DNA of 64,000 nt from positions 124,001-188,000 of the forward strand of contig NW_019028998.1 in assembly GCF_002105155.1 (NCBI RefSeq), in the 5' to 3' direction. Shown here piece by piece: positions 1 through 12,938 of the stretch. The notes beneath the pieces are model-generated. The model was not told the origin of the DNA. It saw nothing but the letters and a program-made list of their open reading frames with translations, and made no database searches. The stretch's first letter is position 1, and each line of letters starts with the position of its first letter. A program made the position numbers and the translations under genes. Source of the DNA: Lobosporangium transversale (taxonomy: Eukaryota).

Positions 1-976
1 GCATGACGAGTCGATTTAGGGTTGTAAATGTCCTCGCAACGGCAGCAGAACAACTTGACTGATTTTGTGTATGGGATATCGGAAAGAGCAACAGGCAAAA
101 GTGGATGATTATGACAAAGAACTCGAGGACAGCGTCCAAAGTCACACTTTTTGAATTTTTCCAGCTGGTCAATGCCCCATTCAACAATAGGTGGAAGGAA
201 TGTGTACAAATGTGAAGAAAAAAAAAAAAAATTGTTGATAAATAATGTTAGCAAAAAGAGAATCATATGGATCATTCGTTGCAATATCAGTTTCATGCCT
301 GGAATGCTTTTTAACTTGTTCTGTTTGGAGATAAATGCGCTTTACCATCTTTGTAAGTCCATGAGTGGTGATGATGAATCGAGCATGGATCAAGCCATAC
401 AAGTGACGAGCAGATTTCTCAACAATGTCCCGAATCTCTTCATTCAGGTTTTCGTCTGAATAGACACCGATAACCCGTTGGAATTGTCACAGACCAAATA
501 AAATAGTGTGTAAAAATAAAATAAAATAATGTCAGTTGATTCGCTACTGTGATGGTGATGAATGGTAAAACCCAATAAACTAAACTGTATAAAAAAAAAT
601 AAATATATATAAAAAAAAAACCAGCAATGAAGCATACCAAGATTATCGGTGATCAAATCTAGTGCCTGAGAGTAATACTGGACCTCGGTGTTCAGTCCTG
701 TCAAGTTGAAACGATCCAGAATATATTCCTCGTCAACCTCACAAAAGTATTCATTTCCCTTAGTCCCTAAGAACCAGTCAATCCAGTACTTTGTATAATC
801 AGAGTCAGATCCGCTGGTGTAATCATCCACTAAAGAATACAAGAGGGAAGAATGAACATCATTAGAGACAAAAAAGCGCAGTCGGCATTACATGTATGCA
901 GTAGGGAAAGGATGTATTCCAATAGATCACTCTTATTCCTCATTTTGGTAGCAGTGTCGTTTAAAGTAAACTTACT
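1..976 (-). CDS. CKB1: Casein kinase II regulatory (beta) subunit, 3' part runs off the window start
   Basis: Spliced exons 976 (A of ATG), 829-638, 455-346 and 164-<1 give [47 protein letters not shown]...[11 protein letters not shown]...[10 protein letters not shown]...[19 protein letters not shown]. These are the CK2beta signature and Zn-ribbon motifs. All introns are GT-AG. Confidence 0.95.
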
Positions 977-1747
977 TTTCCTTGAGAGAGACTAAGAAGT
1001 TCAGGAAGATATCCAGTAAAATTGCAAGTTGAGAATCCCATATTAACAAATGTAGTAATCATAGTAACAAAAATGAAGACGGGAGGTATTGCTGATTAGA
1101 ATACGATGGATAATAGAAAGAAGAGTAATAATAACAACAATGGCATCAGCTGAGTATCCCTCGATAAATTCCTCTCAAGAAAACTTGGAAATCATGAGCC
1201 TATTGAATTCGTCTCAAAATAAATTCCGAGCTATTCGCTATTGCTGATGACCTGTCTCAAGTCAGAAAACAGTTTCGGGCAACCAATGTCCCGGTGTAAA
1301 AATACTGCCTTCCTTTGAAAGATTGAATGTGGCTGTGTGAGACCGACTGATATGGACGGATGCTGAAGACGTTTAATGCTACATGTGCCTTCCCATGACC
1401 CGCAGATGTCTTTTTATTTTTTTTTTTATTTTTTTTTATTTTTTGCTGTTGTTGTTGAAGCTAATCCATGATGTTTCATAGGACAATGGATGTAACTTGC
1501 CAAATAAAATATAAAGTCAAACCATTACCGTGTGTTATGTGAGCAAGTGTACGTCAGTGCTTGAGGAGTCAAAAATTTTCCAAGGAGATGGTCCGTAAGA
1601 GAAACAAATCGAACAAAATAAAAGAAATAAAAAGAGAAGAGTAAAGGGAGAAGAGAGAGTGAGAAAGAAAGAGATGGTAATGAAAAGATTAATGAGGGAT
1701 GAAGTTTCTTTCAGCCTGTTGTGCTTTTCTCCTTGGTCCTGCAGAAG

Positions 1748-1778
<31 letters not shown>

Positions 1779-2488
1779 TAAGCCACATAATAGTCATTGG
1801 ATAATTATGCAATGTCATGAAGAAAATGCTGGATCTATCAGTCTAATAGACAGACTCCACATTCTTGTCCGTTACTCATGCATGGGGGTTTTTTTTTTTT
1901 TTATCAAAATAGGCTGTTCTTTTAAAAGAAAGTTTCCTCCATCTAACCTGCGCTATCTCTTTCTTCCTTTTCGTTTAAGAGTGGAGACTATAAGAAATTG
2001 ATCAAACGCGTGATTAAAAAATTAGAGAGAGAGAGCCCGAGTTACATGACGGGCTCAGGTTGTCAGCAGTCAGCATCTAGGAAAAGTAGGATTCTAAAAA
2101 GCGATGCAAGGGAATTAAACTTATCCGAGTAAAGCACTGCTGAGCAGCAACTTGCATTTCTACATTAACCAAACATCACGTCAAATTGAATTGACAGATC
2201 TCACATCCGCATTAAAGATCAAAGAGCGTCTTTTTCAGGGAATGATTAATATCAACGACTGTGCGCTATACCAGAATATGGAGCCTTACCATTTCAAGCC
2301 TGCTCTTCAGAGTGCACAGACAAAGAAAAATATGTACACTTTCTTATTCAACAGCACTTTTATCTCTTTATGCACAAAAGGGGTTCGCTGTAGAAGAAAT
2401 ACTTTTTTTTTTTTTTTTTTTTTTTTTAATTAAGTAATAATGTACTAAATGCTAAATATTGCAGATTTAAAGATCTTTTTTTTTTTTT

Positions 2489-4352
2489 TTAAACCTTGAT
2501 CTCGTTGTTATGGTGCATTGGAACCTCGCTCTTGTCATTGTTGGTATGGTGGGTGTCATCAACGACAACCATGGACTCGGTGGCGGCATATCTCTCAGGG
2601 TTATTCAATCTAGAATATCTGGCACCGTAGGCGGCATAGAAGATCAAACCAATGGCCAACCAGATAACAAGACGGATAATGGCCGAGACAGAGTCAACAG
2701 CGATGAGACCGACACAGCTGAGAGCACCCAGGACTGGGAGGACTGGACCCAATGGGACCTTGAAGCGGCGGTGACGGTTGGGTTCCTTCCATCTCAAGAT
2801 CAAAACTGAGCAATGGACGAGGAAGAAGGCAAAGAGAGTTCCGACTGAGGTCAAATCAGCAAGCAAGTCGATAGGGAACATACCGCCAGCAGTAGCGCAG
2901 ATAGTTCCAGCAATGGCAGTGGTGATGACAGGAGTCTTGTACTTTGGGTGAAGCTTCGAGGCAACCTGGGGGAAGAGGCCGTCTACAGCCATGGAGAAGA
3001 AGATACGGGGCTGTCCAATCAAGAGGACCATCATAACAGAAATCAAACCAGCCAAGATACCGACTTCACAGAAGATGGACAACCACTTTTGATTGGTGGC
3101 ATTAGCAACGATCTGGAAGGGAGCATCACTCTTCTTGTTTTCGTTCACAATATCCTGATAGTTGACAACACCCAACATAACAACGCTGGTGGCGATGTAG
3201 AGCACGGTACATAAAATCAACGATAAACCAATACCGATGGGAAGATCACTATTTTTTTTTTGAAGTTTTTGATTTTTTGATTAGTTTATGCAGTAAGTCT
3301 CGATAATAACTTTGTTCACACGGATAAAAGAGTGAGCAGATCTGTGCGCGAAACTTACCGCTGAGGGTTACGAGCCTCCTGGGCAGCAGTGCTGATAGCG
3401 TCGAATCCAATGAATGCGAAGAATACAACTGTAGCACCTCTGAGGACACCAGAACCACCAAACTCTCCAAACCTTCCAGTGTTAGTTGGGATGAAAGGTT
3501 TGTAGTTGTCACCATTAACGAAACGGCAGGCACCAAAGATGAAGACCAAAATAACAACGAGCTTGACAATGACCAAAACATTGTTGACACGGGCGGATGA
3601 CTTTACACCTCTGCAGAGCAAGAGGGTCAACAAGACAACAATAATAAATGAAGGGAGTGAGAACCAGTTGCCGGTGGTTGCGAACACGTCGTGCTTGTAA
3701 GAAAATGGCGCGTTCATCAATTCTTTCTTGGCATGCCACCCAAAAGCATCTTTGAAGAATGCATCAAGATAACCAGCAAATCCGACAGAGACAGTAGCAG
3801 CGCCGACCAAGTATTCAAGAATACTTTTAGAATAATGAAAAAATAAATGAATGCGTTATTATATTAGCATATGTTACCACAATACAAGAGGCTAAGGGAT
3901 TGTCAACTTTTAACTTACAGATCCCAACCAATAATCCAAGCCATTAATTCTCCACAGGTTGCATAGGTATAAGTGTAAGCACTTCCGGCAATGGGCACAA
4001 GACAGGCCATTTCAGCATATGACAGAGCAGCAAGACCAGCGACGATAGCAGCGATGATGAATGAGATGCACACAGCAGGTCCAGCCTTCTCGTGAGCGAC
4101 CACACCGGTGAGGACGAAGATACCAGTACCAATAATGGCACCGACACCCATTGCTGCCAAATCTTTGGCAGTCAAGACACGCTTCATAGTTGATTGCTCA
4201 GATTCTTGGTCAAGTGAGGCAAACGTACGTGTGTTGGTGAGGCGACGGAGTTGCCAAACGAAAACTGATTCGCCGTCTCTGCGCAAATGGCGGGTACCAT
4301 CACCAAGATCACGGAAAGTGGTATTTGGGGGTAAGATATCGTGTCCAGTCAT
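2489..4352 (-). CDS. APC-superfamily amino-acid permease (CAT/SLC7, YfnA-like)
   Basis: Exons 4352-3919, 3823-3359 and 3248-2489. Motifs GVGAIIGTGIFVLTG, AGPAV, YAEMA..VP.AGSAYTY, FFAFIGFDAIST.AQE..NPQRDLP, GQPRIFFSMA.DGL, SVGTLFAF. Many hydrophobic helices. Confidence 0.92.
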
Positions 4353-7300
4353 TGTTGGCAATGAGTGGATAAAGAAGGATTGAGGAAAGCGAGACTATAT
4401 GTACAGGATGCTTCGGTGGAAATACGAGGAGGAAGAGGAGGTAGTATCTACAAGCGAAGAAGGAGGTGAAGGCGGGATCAGGAGGAGGTATAAAGAGGTG
4501 ATCGCAAGGATTAAAAGAAGAGAAAAAAAAAAAAAAGAAAAAGAAAAAAAAAAGAAAAGGAAGATGAAGAGACCTTTATATGCTTTTTCATGCAAAAAAA
4601 AAAAAAAAAAAAAAAAAAAAAGGACAAATTATTACTTACTGATTGTCTGTGAGCATTGAAAGGATTGATGGGATTGATTGTATTGATTAATATGGACGCC
4701 TAACGGCAACTGAGGGTTTGATATAAGCAGGATATAACAAAGGCAAGTTCATTGTTAGTATGGAGGATGCAGGGAGAGTACAGGAATGAAAGATGAAAGG
4801 GGATTGGGAAAAAAAGAATGCTCAGGAGCGCCTTTGTGAACTTACCGAGATTGGAAAGATGTACAAATGAACCGGTTGAAGGTTCCTTCCCATCATTCTC
4901 TTTTTTCTTTGGTAACTTTCCGTGGGGTCTTGTTCATATTAGATTGTCTTGAGCAGTCTATCTTCTGTGTAATGTAGAGTGTAGTAATAATGCAACATTG
5001 TGTATATGACATCTATATAGTATAGATAATATAATACTTTGTAATGAATGTAATGTGTAATCATGTAACAAAGAGAAAACAAAAAGAGCAAAGGGAGAGA
5101 GAGAAGGCTTCTGTGCCACGCAGACATCACGACATCGCAGCGGCACAACGGCGAAAAAGTTTAGAGTCTTTTGGGCCACTTTTTTAGGTGCTAAAGAGAG
5201 TGTGATTTAAACAACTGTGATCTTTCAGGGATATTTACTACTGCCTATCTAATATTTAAACTTAGTGTGGATGAAGCATAAAAAAAAAACTAAAATAAAA
5301 ATTAAATAAAAATTAAAAAATAAAAAATAAAAAAGCACGGCGATAGGTCGATCTGGGTGCAGCAGCGCGTGCCATTGTTTCGGAGGACAAGAGGTCGAAA
5401 CGCAATAATTTGATAGGGCGATGCAGAGGCATTTCCTCATTCGCCATCATCAAGAAAGAAAAAACTCTATCCAAAAGAAACAATGCTGTAACCCACTTTT
5501 TTTTTCTTCTTCTTCTTCTTCTTCTTCTTCTTCTTTACTGCATACATATGAAGGCGTTATGCGTACACATATATACTTACATGGATATCTATGTATCTAC
5601 ATGTATACGTATAATATATATATAAAGATATACATGTTAGTCTTACTTTATGTGTTGTATACTACATTTTTATTCCTTGATAACAAGAGCAATAAGTAAA
5701 TCACCTCCTTCGCGGTCTTTTTCTTTGTTCATTTGTTCCAAAAGTCTTTGCCACAGATGACAGCAATGTGTTCTGTGGTCTATACACAGAACACAGAGCT
5801 AAATGTGCAACACGGCCTCATGGTTACACCTCTTTGTTGAATATCAAGACCTGTGCCATCTGTTCTCTTTCAGAACGTACTGTGCAGTCCATGTCTATTG
5901 TTTTTTCTTTTTCTTTATATATACAACTTTGTTGCCTGTTGCCTTGAAAACAAAACAAAAAGAAAAAAAGCCCAATGACAAATTAGCCGTTTTGAATCCC
6001 AACGTTATCCGACTGTGAGTGTAAACAAAAAAAAAAAAAAAAAAAAAAGGTCGAAAATCCTTCCTTTCTTTTTGGCGGTTCCTCCAAATAGCAACAACCA
6101 TATCTATGACAAGGTGAATAAAACTCTGTTGGCTTGCAAATAAACTTTAGTACATATAATATCATGAGTGTATAATTCCGAGTAATACAAAAAAAAAAAA
6201 AAAAAAGTGAGATGGGAGGGCGAAGGAGGCTATTGAGTTGGTTCCAGTGCTACATTTTGACATTGTCATCATCAGGCATTTTCGGGGGGAAGGAGTAAAA
6301 AAAGGACCAAAAAAAAGGGGAATAGCCTTGTCTTTGTCAGTCTAATGTGTATTAGCCTCAATATCCATTGCCCATGGAAAACTCTCAACTTTAGTCTCAC
6401 TCACCGCCACTGTTTACTCTGAACACTAACGCTGTAAATGACACTCTGGTATTGTTTGCATTATGGAGTGATCTCGATGGCCTGGATAGGCCTTCGGGAT
6501 ACGTTCATGTCTTGAGACCATTGCGTTTCCCTCTCATGGCTGATCATTGTTTCTTTCAGGCCAATCATGCTCTGCTGAGCCTTGTCTCGTTTTTCGGTAA
6601 GTTTCATCTGATAGAGCACCGAGGACGATCAAACATGGGAAGAGAGCAGTGTTATTGAGAGTAGTTTAACTATATTTCTTTTCAACAATGATTGGTTCAT
6701 TTTAACGTAAATCTGAAGTTCCATGCGTCTGGCCAGACAGCTCTTCTATCCCACATAAACACACTCAAACACCTGACAGTTGACAGGGAAGTGTTGCGCC
6801 TTTTCTTCTGATTAAGGTATATATATATTTATATATATAAGTGTATTATATATACATCTTACATGTATATTTACAATTCACATAGTGTAACAGTTCAAAG
6901 TTGCATTCGGATACATGCCGGTGCATTTCTTTGTCTTTATTATTTTGGCATCCACAGACTATCTAGAAAAAAACAAAAAAATTTTTTTTGACAGGTTTGA
7001 GCCAACATTCGTAGTCTACATGTGCACACATGCAAATTTATTCGCAACACACAAATATGCACAATGTATACACAAAAAAAAGACACGTCCATTCCTGTCC
7101 TGTCACTCCTTTTCCAGCCTCCAGCTTCCAAGGGGGGGGAATCTATCTTATCGATCCATAAAAACATAAATGTAACATGGACTATGCTGTCCATAACAAG
7201 TATGGAATGACAATAGAGATAAAATAGGCAAGGAACTAAAAACTAAGAGTACCCTCTCCCACGCTCGGATACTTCCCGGGAGGTTTTTTTTTTTACTCTA

Positions 7301-9311
7301 CGTTTTATTAGTTTTTTTTTTTTTTTATATAAATATTCGTATATTTGTATATTTATACAAAGTGTGCCACAAAAAAAATAAATAAATAAAAAAAAGAAGT
7401 TTATTTACTGAACATTCGACAGTAAGAGTCGCCATTTTCAAAGTTATTTAGTCTATGAAGAGTAAATGTTTATATTCTATGGAAACCAGTTGTCCATTTT
7501 TCCAACCTGTTCAGAAAACGATAAACAAACAAACCAAACCAAACCAAAAAAAGGCGAAAACTCTTTCTCTCACGCACAAAGAAGCAGTGTAACAACAGAT
7601 TATTATATTATTTTTCGGCGGAATATCCTACGGAGAGTTGGAAGGCATTTCTCATGAAATGACCTCATGAGCTAGCCGAGTATTACTTGGATCTTACTTT
7701 GTTTTCTCTTTTTTTTTTTTTTTTTTTTTTTCTTTTTCTTTTTGGAGAACAACAAATCTTTAACCGATCTTCTTCTTTAATATATGCTTTTATAAAAAGA
7801 AATAAGCATCCCTCCGAAGGCCCAGACCGTCTCTTCCCTTCCAAACACTCATATTCATCCACATTTGTATGCCCAGGACGCGTTGTATGAACATTTGCTT
7901 TCAACTTTCGAGCAGTCATATCATCCACATGTTCCATTGTTGGGAGTCCTATGCAAATTTAATATGAGCTCAGACGAGAAAGAAAAAAAAAAAAAAAAAA
8001 AAAAAAGATATGGCTTCAATGATTTCAACCTTTTTAAAAACGAGATTATGAACGCATTCATTTCATGTCATTTCATTTTCATTTTCATTTAATTCAATTT
8101 AATTTCATGAGAATTGTCGAGAAATGTTGGTTGTTGATTCAGGGATGCCAAACTATTTTCACGTGTCGTGCAAGCTTCGCCCAATCCTCCTCCACTTGAC
8201 TCTCCGACTCGCGGTCGTTTATTTTTGTAGCATCAGCAACCTTGTCGGAGCCAAACTTTGTGATCAGGTGGAATAAGAATATTGACACGTGTTTCATAAG
8301 AACGAGAAGAAAGGTCAGATGACTTGCAGAAAATATAAAAAGCTGCCTTCTTTGGTTATTATTTTTGAAAAAAAAAAAAAAAAAAAAATCGATATTTCAA
8401 CCGAGCTAACAATAGTCGAAATGTAGGCCTTGGGGGTTTTTTTTTACAAGCAAACATGGCAGAGGATCTTTTCCTTTTAAAAAACTTAAAGTGCATACAG
8501 CGAAAGTTAGTTTGGTCGATATGAGGACAAAAAAAACATCAATTGAATTCACTCATCATCGCATATGGGATCCACAGTCCTGCCCCTCAACTATTGGCGT
8601 TGGCACATATTGCCAATCTTGGGTGCTCCTGGAGAGATAGACTGTGCAAATGAAAGGCTGCTGATATGACGATTTTATACTTGGCATCCCTCTTTCGAAA
8701 GAGAACACGAGGCAGATATAAACGATGCTTTCCAGCTCCGATCATGTCAAAGTCGAGGTAGATCTGGCAACTGTTGCAGGAGCCCACAGAATGCACACTT
8801 ATAAAAAAAAAAAAAAAAAAAAAGTCAGAGTCCAAAGGGACTTGGCTCTTTCTGGAGGGGAATGTGATAAAGAGACTGTGGAATGATGCAACAGGCAGTA
8901 AGAGAAAGCGGAGGATGAAGGATAGAGATGGTTGTGAGCATGCAAGGGATTTAACCATGATTGCATGTGCCCGTGGCTGTGCGTGTCTCTTAAAAAATAA
9001 AACCGCACGCTCGCAACATTAAGCTTCGCTCAATTACTCAATTCTGATAAGGCTGCTTACTTTGTATGGCATCGAATGCCATCTGCTCCTGGCCAAGAGC
9101 TACCACTACAAAGCTGAAGTAGGCTATCCGCAAAATGCCCACTTTATTTGATATTAAAGCTCTATACTCTACATACTCCTCAATTCAACTTTTTTCATTC
9201 TTTCATTTAAATTTGGAAACACGCCACATAGTTTCAAAACTGGCCGTTAAGGATCCTAGACTAGGCAACCAAAGACTGATCTCTGAGATATTTCATCCCT
9301 CATTCCAAAAC

Positions 9312-9346
<35 letters not shown>

Positions 9347-10489
9347 GTACTCCTGAATTATTGATCTGAAAACAGACGGAGGAATGGCAAAGATGCTTAG
9401 GGACGTTTATTGTCAAGATATTTGACTCTTCCAATCATCTTCAACATTAAGTACTTTTTTTATTTTTTAGTCACTTCATAATCATATTCGTCAAACTCAA
9501 TCATCCTGTTTTGTCTCCGCTGGGCTTTTTTTTTTTCTCCACTGCATATCACAGATTACAACGTCCTTTTTTTATGCTCACTCACTTTACCATCAAGGCC
9601 GCATTTGGCCATATTTTCAATACCGTGGTCACGTGAATAGCTGCCGAAACTAATAGGGGGGGAGGCTTGCAAAGATGTTTTTAATATTAAGAATAGGTTG
9701 TATGAGCAAAGCCAGTGGGACACAAACGACTTGCAAGGGTTAGTTACCGGAATGGCAGCACTAAGAGTTTTTTTTTTTTTTTTTTTACTTCATATTGCCA
9801 AGTCATCTCTGCCATTTCCTTTTGCGGAATGGGGAAGATGGGAAGTTGCGTTTAAGGTTGCATGATTTTTTTTTTTTCCTGTGCTCATTTTATTTTTTAT
9901 TTTTTGCACAGACTCGACCCAGAGACACAGACCGTTGAACAAACCGAATCACCAAAATCGAGGAATGCTGTGTGTGTATAAACGTGAGTAGTTGGGTAGC
10001 GTAAAAGTAAATATAGCCCATTTTATTTAGTCATTCTCTATCGGCAATTAGTTTGCTTGCAAGTTCGTCATGGATGTTGAATTATAAAGAAAAAGTCCTG
10101 TCGACCAAATCAATTCAATCATAGTCTTGGATTAAAAAGCATCGTTTCCTGATCCAGCAAAATGGACGATGTTCTCTCTCCTTCTCCCTTATACTCCCTT
10201 CTACTCCCTTTTCGTACTTGTCTCCATCTCTTGCATTACTTGTCATTTCACATTCCATCTTTTTTTTTTTTTTTTTTTTTTTTTCTTTTATGCATTCATC
10301 ACAAAAGAATCGCGTGAACAAGACGAGCTAACAGTGTGAGCACAAAACCTTGGACAGAAAAAATGAGAGCATGTCTACAAATTTTAAAGCATAAAGCTAT
10401 AACCACAATCTGCACAGACATAGACATAGCCCTTCTTCTATTCAAAGTTCTCTCTCTCTCTTTTTTTTTTTTTCTTTTTCCCTCTCACA

Positions 10490-10525
<36 letters not shown>

Positions 10526-11129
10526 CTATCTATGACTCCCAAAGTAAAAAAGAAAAAGAAAAAGAAAAGAAAGAGCTCAACAACACAACGGTAAATTGCA
10601 ATAGGGGGAAAAGAGAGTAAGGAAGGGAAAGAAAGGAAAGGAAGGGGAAGAAAGAGAAGGCATGTTTGAATATTTAGTAATGAATGCAGTGTTCCATGTG
10701 TCGTGTGGATGTTGATGTATATGTAGGTAAGCGAGTGGAGTGGAGTGGAGTGGAGTGGCTGGATAAAAAAAAAAAAAAAAATTGTCCTTTTTGTCACTCC
10801 AATGACATTAACTTTCAGCAGGCTTAATATTCTTTTTTTTTTTTTATCCCATCAATCGTCATATTTTTTGTTCTTTCTTTCTTTCTTTCTTTTTTCTTTT
10901 TTCTTTTTTCTTTCTCTTTCTTCTTTCCATCCTTTCATTACCATCCTTTCATTACCATCCCATTGCCTTTTCTCTGTTAAACATCCTTTCAAATAGATCT
11001 TACACACTTCCTCATTTTAATCGACAGTTATCAGCAGTCGTATGAATGATCTAATTACTACAACTTCCATTCTTTTCTGCAACACCAACACTAAACGCAT
11101 CAGACCAAACATTTTCCGATATCTAGTAT

Positions 11130-12173
11130 ATGCCTATGCTGTGCCCAACGTCCTCACCATCGCTGCCAAAGGCTTCTACTGCTGATCTTTCCCACGATCA
11201 TAACAGAGACCTAGACGTCCCCTCCTTCAACACAGAGTCGCCCTCCCTCAACTCTTTCGACAACAGCAGACCAACATCTCCCGCTCCCCCAAAAGACTCT
11301 CTAAGCCCTGGACTCCATCCTGCACTCAACTCCTCTCCCCGTGTGCTCTCCTCAAAAATTTCATTGGATGTCTCCACTCCTCAAGCAATCTCACACATAC
11401 CACTACCTCCATCACTTCGGACGCCACCCGAGTCGCCAGTTAAAGATCAAAGACGTGACTCGTTCAGACGTCAGTCTTGCCCACCACCATCCAGACATGG
11501 TCTTGCCTTGACTCTCAATGGACTCTCCTCTCCACCTTCATCCCCTACTCAACCATCCCCTGGTGCCACCCTTCCCCCAAAACTCTATCAGTCTCTATTA
11601 GAGCATCCGCTCTTCCGAGATTGTACACCAGAGGGCATCCATCAACTCGCTTCTAGAATGCATATCCGACACTATTATCCTCAGGACCATATCATCAGGC
11701 GGTCTGAGCAATCAAGCGCCATGTTCTATGTCCTCCGAGGAACTGTCAAAGTCGCCTCCCACGATAATGAGGCAACGTATTATGAGATCAAAGAGAATAA
11801 CTTTTTCGGGGATGTCGGTGTACTCTACAAAGTTCCTCGATCCATGGATGTCCTTGCAAAAAACCGCTGTACAATCGCTATCCTCTCAGGCGATGATCTA
11901 GTCAAGGTGATGGAACAATCACCAGAAATGGCCAGGGCTATTGGGTACCAGACCCAAGAGCGATATCAGATGTATCTCAAGCGACGACAATCTGTTTCAG
12001 TTCGAAGATCTCTAGATAACGGAACAAATAGGCCGGACTTTTGTCAAGACGATTCTAGATCAGATGGCTTTGCAAAGAGTGACGTTCATGGAGCTCTCCG
12101 CAAGGTGAGTTGTTCATTATTATATGTATAAAAAAAAAAAAATAAAAAAAAAAAAATGCTTCTTAAAAAAACC

Positions 12174-12229
<56 letters not shown>

Positions 12230-12897
12230 TTCTCTTGACTAACGAGCATGAGATATTTGTAGGTCCCGCTTTTTCAAAGTTGTTCTCCAGAGATAATACA
12301 TATGATTTCTCTCAAGGTCGAGCCAAGAACTTATAATTTGGGTGAGAGTATTATCCAACGTGGAGAAATTGGCCGAGAGATGTTTTTTATTATATCGGGT
12401 ATGGTTGAGATTCTCTCTGATGATAACTTGCATGTTCTGGCTCGATTCCATGATGGACAATTCTTCGGAGAGATTGCAGTACTGCTGGATGTACCACGGA
12501 TCGCTAACGTAAAAGCCGTTTCAGATGTCGAAGTCTTTGTCTTGACAAAAGACAATTTGGAGGCTGTTTTTGAGGCCGTACCAGGCGCAGCAGAGATAAT
12601 CACAGCAGAAGGCAATCGCCAATACAAAAACTGGATCATCAGAAACAGTCGTCAACACCTATCCGATCAAGAAATGAATGGCGAGGAAGTTGAGGAGCAA
12701 GACTTCGATAACGAGTCACTCAACATACCACGAAGCTTGTCTGTGCCCACCATCGAGCAATCAGCCAGTTTAATGGAGGACGAAGCAACTAGTCCTTCAG
12801 TCCGAAGCTTTGATCAGGATAGTATGCACTCTATATCTCCTCGACCAATTCATCCCATCGAGGCTGGTCACCCATCAGGTAAGATATGCTATAAATG

Positions 12898-12938
<41 letters not shown>

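Noticed and set aside
4940..10990. Many 60-120 aa ORFs in the 6.8-kb divergent spacer
   Set aside because: They are dominated by poly-K/poly-F from homopolymers, with no recognisable motifs or coherent exon chain. Probably promoter/UTR sequence, though a lncRNA cannot be excluded.
11042..11185. Out-of-frame uORF overlapping the cNMP/F-box start codon
   Set aside because: It is present in the sequence, but the TSS and true start are unknown and such ORFs arise easily by chance. Not enough support.
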